This document shows, one piece after another, positions 39,701 to 53,070 of a stretch of 64,000 nucleotides of DNA. Within the stretch, counting starts at the first letter, position 1, and every line of letters begins with the position of its first letter. The notes below the pieces were generated by a model. That model saw only the letters and a program-made list of their open reading frames with translations. It ran no database searches and was not told the origin of the DNA. Position numbers and translations under genes: made by a program. This DNA is from Octopus bimaculoides. Lineage: Eukaryota. Where the stretch lies: the NCBI RefSeq assembly GCF_001194135.2, contig NC_068984.1, forward strand, positions 33,439,284 through 33,503,283, read 5' to 3'.

Positions 39701-40949
39701 CACAAGGCTTGGAAAAGTTATAGGTACTGTGCGTTCCACTGAAGCTAGCATTCAAAGATTAAACAAATTCTTACTCCGAATGTATAGAAAGAAGTTCTGG
39801 TACCGCTGGTTGATGTTGAACCAGATAATGGATCGAATATACCATCTAAGTAAGACATGGTGTGATTTGATATCAAAGAACAATAGGTTAGAACACATAT
39901 TGCTCTAGCATTTGCGCCAGTCCACCGGCCACTATTAACACATTATTTCATGATTTAGAAGAATGATTCGTACTTTGAATACAAATACTAGAATAAATAT
40001 TGCAATGAATTTTCTTCGGCGTCCTATAAATTTCCAGTTTTCTATGTAACGTTTACTCTATATATTTATATTCTAAAAATACAGTGAAACGCTGACAATG
40101 ATTAATAAAATTGTAGAATTGTATGTGAAATTTGTTCATGCTTCTTCAGGTTTTCGTCATGAGAAATCCTGTTGGTGACTTCTTTGCTATTCATATTTTT
40201 GAATTGATAACGGAACTACTGGTCAATTATTATTACAAAGTCAATGTATTTGTTACACAATTTCTATGAAACTATCAAGAATTTATGAGTTGGTTACATC
40301 CATTTTGCTTCGTAGAATTTGTTATATATTTCTGGGAATTTAAAAAGAACATCAAATGTAATAGCAGCGACAACAACAGAAGCTACAAGAAGGAGGATGA
40401 AAATCAATAAGGAAGACACAGTAGCAAAACACTTCTGCTAATACTACCAGCAGAGGCAACCCCACCACTGTTGCCACCGCCACGAATATTGACACAAAGC
40501 CATTAATAACCTCAACACCACGGCTTGTCAACCAGCGGTCTACTAGCAGCACTGTTGCCGTTGTAAATGTTTTGACTAACGTAGTTCGACTGCTCGAATG
40601 AATTGTTCTACTGCAGAAAGTTTTGGAAAATGTAGAGTATCTCCTTATCTATAAAAAAAAAGATCAGTATCCTTGAATTCATTGTATATATATATAGGTG
40701 TACAAAACGGAGTTGAAGACAGTGAAGCGAGAGACAAAACCAAATAGAAGTGTGTATTTAGCTAATCGCGGCAACAAAAACATACACCGCTTGTGTGAAA
40801 ATGTTCGGCTCGATCACAGTTTAATTTCTGAGAAGGAGCACAGAAAATACGCTGAAAGACCTCTTACGAGTGATAAAGTGTACCTCACATTTGTCTAACT
40901 CAGTAAAAATAACATAATACTGCAATTACTATCTGTATGCATCACCAAG

Positions 40950-43640
40950 TTAATCGTAATTACAAGGTAAAATCCCTTTGCTTTTTCGGAAAGATCTGCA
41001 TCCTGCAACAGAATCTGTTTTCCGGGATTCAGCATTAAGTCAGTGGTTCTAGATTTGACCAGCAGCGAAGACCTTGCCTTCCGACAATTATTCATTTACA
41101 ACCAAATTGCGTCGTAACCAGCTGCTTGGCGGAAAATCTCTTCAGATGTCATGGGAACGTCCTTCTTATCAATATCTGAAATAGTTTGACTCTGATCATC
41201 TACCACAAGCATGTTTTTTATTCTATATTTTTAGAGGAAAATTTCTTGGTGTCGGGTTATTTATATATTAGCATCGCTCTGTTCAATATTTTCAAATATT
41301 GGTCATGTAGGGGCTTTATTTACGCCATTAACTTTTCATAGCAAACTGTAACCCCAATTTTAGCCTTTTCACATTTTCCATAGTCGCATCTACATTTTTA
41401 TTCATAGCTATCTGTCATTTCAACCTTTGTTTTATATTCGCTGGCTTTCTTGAAGGAAGATATCAGTCTCTTGTTTGTTATTATTTTTTTTTTTTTTGGT
41501 TTATGTTTCATGGCTATTTGATTTAATTTTTTCTTGGTTCTGCGTAGATCTTTTCGCTGTTCTGACGTGAATATTTTATACTAGTTGTCTAGATTTATTC
41601 GACCCGAAATACCCTGTATTCGTGCTACGTGTAATGTTTCAATGTCAAATTTTGATTGATATATTCTAAATGCAGTCATTATTTTCATTACTTTCCTGTC
41701 TAGTCTTGTTAATCCGTTTAGCATCCATTTGAGAATTTAGCTGTAACTTATTTCCGGGTCAGATAGAATGTTGATACCTAAATCCACTCTTTGCTTTATT
41801 TTGTATTTACTTCTGTTTTAAATGTTAATATAATACTTCTATAATATTCTATCCTGTCCTTTCCTTCATTTGTTTCTGTTGTACACTCAGTGATTTTTGT
41901 ATGTTTGTATGCTTGTATTAGATTTAATTCTCATATCTTATATCTAGTGTCATAATTAGGTTTTTAAATAACTTCCCTTTTATCAAAGTTGCCATAACGA
42001 TCTTTTCTTAGCTAAATATTATAAAGATTTCTTTGGAAAGTTGGGGCAGTATCCGGGTGGTATCTACTTTTTCATTACTTGTAGGGTACTACTTGATGCA
42101 TTTACCATATAAATCATGTCCTGTCCGTTTAACCTGTGAATTAGGTATGTCAGTAGAAGACAGAAAATGAGTGGAGAGAGTGTTATCTCTTGAAATGTCC
42201 TTCTTCTAACGGAGATGAATGCAGCTTTATAATTCCTTCTTTGGCTTTAACAGCAGAGATGTCTCATATTTATTCCTTACATTCATATATCTTATTACTG
42301 GTGCTACCTATCTCATGACCACGTGTAAAGACTACTATGAAAACCCAACTAACCGAGGTTTGCTTCAGCTTTTCTTTCACATTCTGTAGCTTTCAGTTAT
42401 AGCTGTTTTGATACATAATTCATCCTTACTTGTGGGTCTCTGTTGCATCTCCTCATCTCTTATGGAATCAGATTACTTTCCTAAATATTTGTTTTCAATC
42501 TGCGGTGTTTCAATCAACGCTTTTTAGATAGTTGGAAGGTATGTTAATGGTCTGTACCTTATGGGCTTTGTGTTTTCTATGAATTTGGTGATTACGTGTG
42601 AGGTAAGTCAGTGAGGTGTTGTTTTCGACTGTGTTATCATCTCATTAAACGTTTCTGCTATGACCTTTTATATATTTGTTGAATTGAAAATGTTGAGTAC
42701 ATTTCCATGATGTAGAAGCTGTCAATTGTTGCTGTTGGCATTATCCGGCTTAATAATTCTGCTGTTAAAGCTGAGAATTCTTCAGATATTGTATTTGTAT
42801 TTTGATCTATCATTTACGTAGCGATTCTATCGCTGTCCCTGCCCACTCCTCAATATATTCCTACTCTTGAAGCTGGTGTTCATGCTTTGAATTCAATTCG
42901 ATTCTTGACAGTTTGCTTTTTATTGTTTGCTTGTGTTTACGAAATGAAATCTATTAAATATCTATCAATTTCATTTCATATCTTTTTTATTTAGTTTCAA
43001 AATGTATATTTTTTAAGTAAGGTCTGTTAGGACAGAGAGTGATGTAAGCTGTTTTTTTCTTTCCAAGTTTTAAACGTGTACTATCATTTTTAGCAATAGA
43101 TGGTCACTGTAAAATACACACGAAATAGAGAAACATTTCAGCATTCTCCATTTAAACATTTTTATGTGTGGTATATGCAGCTTTCGGCTAAAACCGAGCC
43201 TTGTATTTAAATTGTCATCATTTTTATCGAATACCAGATTATTTGACTGCTTGATGTTGATTGTTGTACGCAATATTCTCCTAATATTTGTACAAGAAAT
43301 TCAAAATAAGCATGCCCTAATGGACTGAGTTATTCAAGGTATTCATTTTGTTTTTTGCTATTTTTATTGTGCATAAAAGTAAAAATAGGAGTGAATCGGT
43401 CTGATATTGATATGAGATTTTGCTGGTCGTAGTTATACGTTGTATGAGACCATAGTATATTGTAAACATTTGTAACATTCAAACTGTATGGATTAAAGAT
43501 AAACAATCGGGACAGAATATTAACAACGTAATCATCTTTCTATGTTTTCGCAGTGGTTCTTTCATTTGCTGTACTTTTTTTTTCATTTGTTGATATTGGA
43601 TTTTATTTTGGTGCAATGAATCATTCTATCATGTTAAAAG
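40950..43640 (-). mobile_element. Highly decayed R4/Dong-like RLE LINE
   Basis: Minus-strand relics in the correct order: RYRPLTYLPTI*KAL (about 42560; NYRPITCLPT-like), DLYGKCIK*YP..NEKVDT (about 42110; YMDDIKLY-like), SKEIFIIFS*EK..IKGK (about 41990; SKDIGMEFG-like), possible CRM knuckle near 41000. Boundaries uncertain. Confidence 0.6.
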
Positions 43641-43654
43641 TCATTTACTCGTTT

Positions 43655-43703
<49 letters not shown>

Positions 43704-44343
43704 GCTACCACCATCACCACCANNNNNNNNNNNNNNNNNNNNNNNNNNNNNNNNNNNNNNNNNNNNNNNNNNNNNNNNNNNNNNNNNNNNNNNNNNNNNN
43801 NNNNNNNNNNNNNNNNNNNNNNNNNNNNNNNNNNNNNNNNNNNNNNNNNNNNNNNNNNNNNNNNNNNNNNNNNNNNNNNNNNNNNNNNNNNNNNNNNNNN
43901 NNNNNNNNNNNNNNNNNNNNNNNNNNNNNNNNNNNNNNNNNNNNNNNNNNNNNNNNNNNNNNNNNNNNNNNNNNNNNNNNNNNNNNNNNNNNNNNNNNNN
44001 NNNNNNNNNNNNNNNNNNNNNNNNNNNNNNNNNNNNNNNNNNNNNNNNNNNNNNNNNNNNNNNNNNNNNNNNNNNNNNNNNNNNNNNNNNNNNNNNNNNN
44101 NNNNNNNNNNNNNNNNNNNNNNNNNNNNNNNNNNNNNNNNNNNNNNNNNNNNNNNNNNNNNNNNNNNNNNNNNNNNNNNNNNNNNNNNNNNNNNNNNNNN
44201 NNNNNNNNNNNNNNNNNNNNNNNNNNNNNNNNNNNNTGTTAGAGGTAAAGAATTACATATAAAAAAGATTTAAACATTAACGTTGAAAGGCAAGAATAAT
44301 GATGATATAAATGATATAAAAACTAATAACGATAATAAATAAT

Positions 44344-44344
44344 G

Positions 44345-44430
<86 letters not shown>
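44344..44430. repeat. (AAT)n microsatellite
   Basis: Perfect AAT array. Confidence 0.97.
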
Positions 44431-44939
44431 CTAACCAAATTCTGAAAACATTCAAGAATGTCTAGCTTGTCATATTGCATTCTAATTGAACAGCTGTCAA
44501 ATCTAAACTGATTCCATTATATACTGACATAAGTTTTTTTTCTTTTTTTCTAACATCAAATTCATTCGTTTTCATTCAAATTTACATTTGCTTTGAAATA
44601 TAAGTAAGGCAAGGGAAATTATAAAATCGATTGTTTCCTGTTTTTTCTGAATGATCCTTTTGAAATCATTTTCATATCGTAATACCGAAAGTAGGATGCA
44701 TACTCATATACTTCTATACATTAATACATAAATAATTTATATGTACATATATACAGATATATCCATAATTATATATACATATATATACATATACATACTT
44801 ACTTACATACATATACATATATACATACACACATGTATATATATATACAAACACTCGCACATTTATAGATGTGGTTGCGATTTCAATATATTCAAACGCA
44901 CAAAATTCATCACACAACAACATTATATTTACCACAACA

Positions 44940-45063
<124 letters not shown>

Positions 45064-45974
45064 TCCATTTCCTCTTTTTCTATATTCTCCGCTTTACATT
45101 ATAATAAACTATTTGAAAATTTATACGTAAATGCTTACACATTTACGATATAATGTTTCCGGTTAACTCTGATAATAAAACGGGTTTCATGACAACATTG
45201 CAATATTTCCTTATATATCATATTTGAAATTATTTATCCAGCATTACTAGTTACTGCATGTTATACTGTCCATTAGTTGCACTTTTAAACTTCTAACAGT
45301 TCCTGTTACTTCTCCATTATCGTTTGCGACGTCTACTCTGATTCTTTGGGCACCTGGACTCAAAATCTAATTCTAAGTAGCATTATGCGCTTCCATCGCA
45401 GGTAATGTTTCACTTTGTAGCAGGAAATACTTTACTTTGCTACTGCTGTAAATGCGAAGACATGAATAATTACCCCTTAGTCTTTATATGTAAGAAATGT
45501 CTCTACACAACCTACGTAATATTTCAATAATATCGCTTACGTATACTGAAGAGAACTATAAAAGCGTGAATATCATGCGACATCTATAAATACGTTGAGG
45601 AAAACCAATGTATTTTAATATATTGATTCATTCATGTACATATTCATAGACGTGACACCGTTCAAAAACCGTCAAGAATTGTGTAACATATTTCCGGTCG
45701 TGTCATATTTGACAAACGTACAAAATATTTTGAATGTGGAAGTTTTGAGAAACATCAGGATGCCTGGACCAATACTGAATTATCCATATTTTTTCTTATG
45801 GGACAAATAACCCCGAATTATGTAGCTGATATCATTTCTGTACTGTGTACGTAGAACATCTTTTATGTATGCATACGCACATTTTTTGTATTAAATGTAT
45901 TTATTATTTTTATATATAGACTTGCCGAACATGCTTGTCATTACACTTACTCCTATATACATATTATTTTAGTC

Positions 45975-46092
45975 TTTTACTTGTTTCGGTCATTTGACTG
46001 AAGCAATACCGCCTTTAGTTTGGGCCATTTGACTGAAGCAGTACCGCCTTTAGTCGAACAAATCGATCCCAGGAATTATTCTTTGTAAGCCA
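45975..46092 (-). mobile_element. Family A SINE 3' fragment with internal duplication
   Basis: ttttacttgtttcggtcatttgactg..ccgcctttagtcgaacaaatcgatcccaggaattattctttgtaagcc; a 29-bp segment is duplicated. Confidence 0.8.
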
Positions 46093-46103
46093 ACTACATA
46101 TTC

Positions 46104-47250
46104 CAGTGGGTCCCAACCGTTTTGTGATAGTGCACCACTTGGAGGTTTCGTACAGCCGCCGCGTACCACCTGGCTCCAGAAAAACTCAATTTGATCAGAT
46201 AGAAATTTAATCGCACATAGAAAACACAAATGAACTAACAACGAAGAACACAATTCAATGTAATGCGAGAGCTGAATCTGTCTCTTCTCCACCAGCTGGT
46301 CAATGCGGGCATAACCTTGCTCACAACGCATCGGAAATCATGGCCAGGCTCACACTCCCACGTAGAGGGAAAACTCTAGCCAGAAGTTTATAGGAGAGCA
46401 TTCTTTGTGCTTCGTCTTTGCTGTCTCGCCAGCCTGGATATCTATGAGTTCCTCTTGTTCCCCGGTCCTGACAGGTAACTCGGCTAGATCAACGGAGAAT
46501 GGATTAGCGATGTAGGCACATCCCGTCACGTCCGGGAAGTAATGCATCAACTCAGTCTTGAGCAGTGAGAGGTAATGATCTTTTGGGCAAATTCATCATT
46601 GAGCTCGCTGTCAAGTGTAGTCAGGAGTTACGTTCTTCAACCACAGATCCAACTTCCAGACAAACTCCCAGCTTTGAGATGAATTCTGTGACAATGCAGC
46701 TGGGCCATTGAAACGACAGGTTTAAGTGGCTGAGGGCTCCAATAATGTCTGAGAATTAGGCCAACCTTGAGATAAAATTCCTCGTCCCCGAGATCTTTTT
46801 GAAAATCGCGTTCCTTCTCCACGAAGAAAACAAGAGGTTCATACCTCGGTTCAGAGAGTCGCCTCGTCGCATTACCCCGGGAGAGCCAGCGAACCTCAAT
46901 GTGCTAGAGAAGACAGATGTGGCCAGAGCCGAAATCTTCACGGAGCAGCTTGAACAGCCGACGTTTTGACGAAATTCACGATTCTGATAACATGGTTCAG
47001 GCATGATAAAATCTTCGGTGGGAGCACCTGAGCACAAAGGGCGAAAATGTGTATGAAATAATGGACAGCGGTGAACCTTGACAGAAATAGTCCCCGATAG
47101 TTATAATTATTTATAAAAAAATCTACTATAGGCAATGTGTGTAAGTTTCGTACAGCAGCAGCGCGAATATAAAAAACATCATATGAGGTCATCATTTGAG
47201 GTGAAAAACATCATTTGAGTCAAAATAAACTCCCCAGATTTTTGATTAAG
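46104..47250 (-). mobile_element. hAT (Buster/Charlie-like) transposon 3' remnant
   Basis: Terminus CAGTGGGTCCCAACCGTTTT at 46104. Fragments HYFIHIFALCAQVLPP..VIRIVNFVKTSA, a RWLSRG-like segment (about 46880), IANPFSVD..EELIDIQ..INFWL, RIDQLVEKRQIQLSH. Confidence 0.9.
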
Positions 47251-47324
47251 GAACCCAGATGCTTACCCACTAAACAGGGATGCATCGTTAATAGAGTATT
47301 ATACGAAACCACGGTCCCTCCCTA

Positions 47325-47366
<42 letters not shown>

Positions 47367-47404
47367 NNNNNNNNNNNNNNNNNNNNNNNNNNNNNNNNNN
47401 NNNN

Positions 47405-47441
<37 letters not shown>

Positions 47442-48735
47442 AAGAGGGGGTTGTGTTTCCAAGCAGGAAAAGATATAGGCAAATTTGTTATTCCATATGC
47501 GCCAAAAATTTGAAAAACTTGTAATTGCTTAGAATACTTTTATGCATACATACCAAACAAGACTCAACAATACTTTTTCTTTATCAATGGTAAAAATTTA
47601 AAACTGTGAATTAGAAGTACATGTTCTAAAATTTCGATGTTGACAAGTTTAAATGTTCATAAAAGTCACTAATATTAAAACTGTGCATCAATTTGCTTGA
47701 ATGTACAAAGCTCATTGGTGTTAGTAGTGATCGTCAAGAAATGAACATCATCAAAGTTTCAGTCATACTGAGTTAAGAGGGGCGGGAGAAAGGGAGAATT
47801 AAAAATAGTAAAAAAAGTGATTTGGTATATAATTACTCTGATCCTCTCTCCGTCGTGTGTAGGAACTTTCGCTTGTAACGGTGTGTTTTGGAATCCAATC
47901 TATTTATAAATTCTTCCTCGAGCGGATCTAATTTTTGATTCGTTAAAGTACTGACGACGTTTTGTTTTTTTCCGGTGACAGCACTAACCTTGGCCTTGAA
48001 AAGAATCAATTAACCTTGTTCTATTTTAAATTAGTTATAAACAAAAAAATAAGAAGTATATATANNNNNNNNNNNNNNNNNNNNNNNNNNNNNNNNNNNN
48101 NNNNNNNNNNNNNNNNNNNNNNNNNNNNNNNNNNNNNNNNNNNNNNNNNNNNNNNNNNNNNNNNNNNNNNNNNNNNNNNNNNNNNNNNNNNNNNNNNNNN
48201 NNNNNNNNNNNNNNNNNNNNNNNNNNNNNNNNNNNNNNNNNNNNNNNNNNNNNNNNNNNNNNNNNNNNNNNNNNNNNNNNNNNNNNNNNNNNNNNNNNNN
48301 NNNNNNNNNNNNNNNNNNNNNNNNNNNNNNNNNNNNNNNNNNNNNNNNNNNNNNNNNNNNNNNNNNNNNNNNNNNNNNNNNNNNNNNNNNNNNNNNNNNN
48401 NNNNNNNNNNNNNNNNNNNNNNNNNNNNNNNNNNNNNNNNNNNNNNNNNNNNNNNNNNNNNNNNNNNNNNNNNNNNNNNNNNNNNNNNNNNNNNNNNNNN
48501 NNNNNNNNNNNNNNNNNNNNNNNNNNNNNNNNNNNNNNNNNNNNNNNNNNNNNNNNNNNNNNNNNNNNNNNNNNNNNNNNNNNNNNNNNNNNNNNNNNNN
48601 NNNNNNNNNNNNNNNNNNNNNNNNNNNNNNNNNNNNNNNNNNNNNNNNNNNNNNNNNNNNTTATTCTTATTCTTATTATTATTATTATTCTTCTTCTTAT
48701 TATTATTCTTATTATTGGTGTTAGTATTGTTATTA

Positions 48736-48793
<58 letters not shown>

Positions 48794-48861
48794 CATTGTT
48801 CATAATAATAATAGTAATAATAACGACAACAACAATAACAGTAATAATAAAAATAATATAA

Positions 48862-49577
48862 AACTGTGTTAGTGAAAAGAATACAAACCACATAAGTGCA
48901 CTAGACCTCTGTAGAATGTATGGGAAGAGGGTCGAAAGGGTGACTCACATTGTTGGTGCTTGTGAAAGTCTTGTGCAGAAAGAGTATAAGTGAAGGCACG
49001 AGATAGTAGACCGAATCCTCCACTGGCTCCTATGCCATAAGTATGGATATGTGGTTACGAGTGCTTAGTACTAACTTACACCGGAAAAGATAATGGACGG
49101 AAAGGAGAAAGCAAAAATCTTCTGGGACTTTGATTTCTACAGATAAAGTGTTGGAGCACCGAAGGCCGGATATATTAGCCTTTAGGAGGTACAAATTAGA
49201 GTACCCAACAATCGACGTAGCAGTGCCAGGAGAGCAACATATCATCATAAAAGAAAGAGAAAAATTGATAAATATGGAGACATGAGATTTGAGTTCACTA
49301 AGATGTAGCAACTAAGAAAGTCGAACATAAAGGTTATCCGTATTGTGATCGGATCATTGGGTTCAATACCACCCAATCTGGAAAATCCTCTGAAAACCTT
49401 CGAAATACCCTACATTCTAGATGTATTGCCAAAGTCGGCATTACATGGAACTGCACGCATGTTGCGCAAAGTACTGCTTTACTGGGGTGTTTGTTGTGAC
49501 TTGACGAACACAACAAACCCTTGGTAGATACAAGAACTTCAATCAACAACCTTCGATATTGTATACTGTGCAACGTC
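48862..49577 (+). mobile_element. R4/Dong-like RLE LINE 3' end (CCHC knuckle, PD-D/E endonuclease, 3' UTR)
   Basis: CRMYGKRVERVTHIVGACESL..RHE..ILHWLLCHKYG; WDF..EHRRPDIL..IDVAVPG..KEREK..KY; VIGSLGSIP; KSALHGTARMLRKVL, followed by about 100 nt and then (AAT)n. Confidence 0.92.
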
Positions 49578-49578
<1 letters not shown>

Positions 49579-49636
<58 letters not shown>

Positions 49637-49683
49637 TAATAATAATAATAATAATAATAATTATAATAATAATAATAGTAACA
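49579..49683. repeat. (AAT)n microsatellite
   Basis: About 33 AAT units with a few interruptions, directly 3' of the LINE end. Confidence 0.95.
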
Positions 49684-49859
49684 ATAGTTTCACACTGCAT
49701 GGCAGCAATGGAGAAAAGAAGTAATACAAAGAACGACGTAAATGTAAACTAGTCTAGATGTGACAGACTTTCGTCCGGCACGTGCACTGTGGGTAAGTAG
49801 CACCAGCCCGGTCTTCATTGGACCATCGGCATGAATACTCCTCTCATGAAAAGTTATAT

Positions 49860-51760
49860 TTTGAGTCGGGTCGTTGATGATGAAGGGAAACCCATTAGAG
49901 GAGAGAGAAAAGAGATGCACGTTGATACAGAAAAAGGACTCAGATATTGCGAAACAGAGTTTCTGTGGTGAGGTAAGGGTTATGAGGAAGAAGGAATGGC
50001 TAACAGAATTAGAGCTTGACGAAATTAAGAACAGGTTGACGATCGAAAACACAGGGATTGAGGTAGAAGTGGCCACAGAGAAAGTTGGCGATGCTGTATT
50101 TAAGGAAGATACTCGGGAGAATTAAAATGACTTTAGCCCTGAGAGTATAGAAGGACTGAATGATAAGGACAGAAAATTGATCGGTGACGTCACTTGTATG
50201 ATTGCGAAAAGCCTGGACATAGAAGTAAATGAATTCAAGAAATTAGGCAGAAATTAGCTCAGGTTTGGACTTAGAAGGAGAATAAAATACAGAAAGAAAT
50301 CACTACAGATAATATAATCGGAACCAATAAACTGACTGGGGCTTGTATTAACTATGTGGGTAAGAAAGTAGTCGCCGAAGCACTCCGTAATAGAGGAAAT
50401 GTAGAAAAAATGCCTTGGTGGAAAACAAAAGAAATGAAATCAATGAACGAACTCTGAAAAGATATCATCGTCTTGGAAAAAAAGAAAAATTTGAAATCAG
50501 GAAGAAAGAGAAACATCAGGAAATAGAAAGTAGATATAGCATAAAAAAGGAGGCTAAATGTTGTCCTTGAAGAGCTGAAACAAATATTTTAGGTTAGAGG
50601 TACAAAGATCAAGAGATATGACCTAAAAATTGAACAATATGAAATCAATAGTTTGTTATAATGGATCAGAAAAAAATGTTTATTTGACGCTAAATAGAAA
50701 GGTTCACAGCAGAGAGAAACTAGACGTTGAAGAAAGTAGGAACTTTTGGAATAACAACTGGGATAATGGAATAAAGAACAATGAAGTTGCTGTGTGGTTG
50801 AATAAATTAAGATCAGAGTACTATGATGTGAAACAACAATATAAGAATAACAGCTGAAATGGTGACTGAGCAGACAACAAATATCCCTAACTGGAAATGT
50901 TCAAGTCAAGATGGAGTATAAAGGTATTGGGTGATAATCTTTCTAGCAATACTCAAAAGATATGGCAGTGAAAATGAACAAAATGATCAACTGCGGGGTG
51001 AAAATACCCAAGTAGATGACCACAGGTAGAATAGTTCTTTGCGAAAAGGATTCCTGTAGAGGTAATGCAGTGAATAATTATCGGCCTATCTCCTGCCTGT
51101 TCCTGATGTGGAAGTTGATGACAGGAACGATATCTAATTGTGTGCATAACTTCCTGGAAAGATTAACAAATTGCTAATGGAACAAACGAATGAAAAGAGG
51201 AGAAAAATTAAATTACCTGTTATACATGGATAGCTTAAAGATCTTCGGGAAGACCGAACGTGAAATAAATGGTCTGGTTTCAACAGTTCAGATATTCAGC
51301 AAGGATATATTGGGATAGAATTTGGTGTTGAAAAGTGTGGTATCCTTATCAAAAACAGAAAGGCAAAGAATTGTGTGATGGTGTATAACTGCCCGATGAC
51401 GAGAAAAACAAGGATGTTGACACTGATAGATTTAAGTATCTGTGTATTTTGGAGTATGACAAAATCAAAGGAGATGAAGGAACGATTTAGGTGAGAATAT
51501 CTCAGAATAGCAAAATTTACTATGGAAGTATATTCAATGGAAAAAAACAAGGGCAGGGCAATGAATCCATCGGATGTTTGCTCAATACGAAAAGTGCGAG
51601 GTGTTGCTACGTAGATGAAAAAGGAACCCGAAGAAAGGATAGAAAAATCAGGAAAGTTATGACATGTTTTCAAAGCAAACATTTTAATCACGCAGCCATG
51701 TCTACGTTCATAGAAATTGAAGATACCTTTAAAAATCTTATATGACAGATACATGACTTC
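49860..51760 (+). mobile_element. Decayed R4/Dong-like RLE LINE, N-terminus plus RT (internally deleted)
   Basis: RVMRKKEWLTELELDEIK; IPNWK..QDGV..YW; MTTGRIVLCEKD..NNYRPISCLFLMWKLMTG; LNYLLYMDSLKIFGK..FSKDI..GIEFGVEKCG; DRKIRKVMT. The KAYD and QGD region appears deleted. Confidence 0.9.
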
Positions 51761-51812
51761 TACCTCTTTTAGGTTTATATTTTATATGAAGAAAGTTGCT
51801 TCATTGACTAAA

Positions 51813-52190
51813 TTGATAGAGAAACGGGGCTCAGATATTACGAAACAGGTTCTGTGGTGAGGTAAGGGCTATGAGGAAGAAGTGATGGCTAACAGAATTA
51901 GAGCTTGACGAAATTAAGAACAGGTTGACGTTAGAAAACACAGGGATTCATGTAGAAATGGCCACAGAGAAAGTTGGCGATGCTGTATTTAAGGAAGATA
52001 CTCGGGAGAATTAAAATGACTTTAGCCCTGAGAGTATAGAAGGACTGAATAATAAGGATAGAAAATTGATCGGTGACGTCACTTGTATGATTGCGAAAAG
52101 CCTGGACATAGAAGTAAATGAATTCAAGAAAGTAGACAGAAATTAGCTGAGGGTTGGACTCAGAAGGAGAATAAAATACAGAAAGAAATC
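51813..52190 (+). repeat. Second copy of a 380-bp segment (first copy 49922-50301)
   Basis: Direct repeat, about 23 differences by my manual count (about 94% identity), sharing the same in-frame stop (gagaattaa). Confidence 0.93.
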
Positions 52191-52341
52191 TAAAATTAAA
52201 TTTTCTTAGTCAAATATGAAGAAAGTATTTAGAATCTGCTGTCGCTAAACTTGAGAACTCTAAAGTTAGACCTAAGTTCAAATTAACTTTGGAGAAAAAA
52301 GGGTGGGAATGTTTATGCATTTTCTAAAACCAGTATCTATA

Positions 52342-52507
52342 GGCGCAGGAGGGAATGTGTGGTAAGATGCTTCCTTTCCAACCACATGGCTCCGGGTTAA
52401 GTTTCACTGCGTGACACCTTAGGCAAGTATCTTCTACTATAGCCTCCAGTCATCCAAAACATTGTGAGTGGATCTGGTCGACGGAAACTGAAAGAAGCCC
52501 ATCGTAT

Positions 52508-52555
<48 letters not shown>

Positions 52556-52777
52556 ATGCGCGTGTGTGTATTTGTGTGTCTGTATTTGTTCTCCCGCCAT
52601 CACTTGATAACCGATGTTGGCGTGTTTACTTCTACGCACATTAGCGGTTCGGCTTAATAGACGGCTATAATAAGTACAGGCTTACAAAGAATAAGTCCTG
52701 GGGACGATCTGTTCTCAAAAGGCGATGCTCCAGCATGGCCGCAGTCAAATGACTGAAACAAGTAAAAGCCGTAAAAG
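52342..52777 (+). mobile_element. Full-length family A tRNA-derived SINE
   Basis: ggcgcaggagggaatgtgtggtaag..tccgggttaagtttcactgcg..gacggaaactgaaagaagccc..(TG)n..aagaataagtcctgggg..cagcatggccgcagtcaaatgactgaaacaagtaaaag. Confidence 0.88.
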
Positions 52778-52915
52778 AATAGAAATACAGCGAAAGCAAA
52801 AAGCAAAAAATGTACGCGTTTATATACTTGCACGCAATGCATTTGTTTCAAGTGTTCATACGTAAGTATCTATTTTCTCTCATACTGTCTGCCATTGAAG
52901 TTATATCTCTTTCAA

Positions 52916-53070
<155 letters not shown>

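Noticed and set aside
39654-39908. 84-codon stop-free plus frame, and an overlapping 71-nt minus-strand AG..GTAAGA exon candidate (39775-39845)
   Set aside because: No homology recognised on either strand; it cannot be supported without transcript data.
40420-40600. Thr/Ser-rich open frame (QNTSANTTSRGNPTTVATAT..)
   Set aside because: Best explained as degenerate CAN/ACN triplet low-complexity sequence.
49922-52190. Interpretation of the 380-bp direct repeats as true LTRs
   Set aside because: No TG..CA ends, primer-binding site, polypurine tract or TSD. The repeat is LINE coding sequence and the enclosed RT is of non-LTR type.
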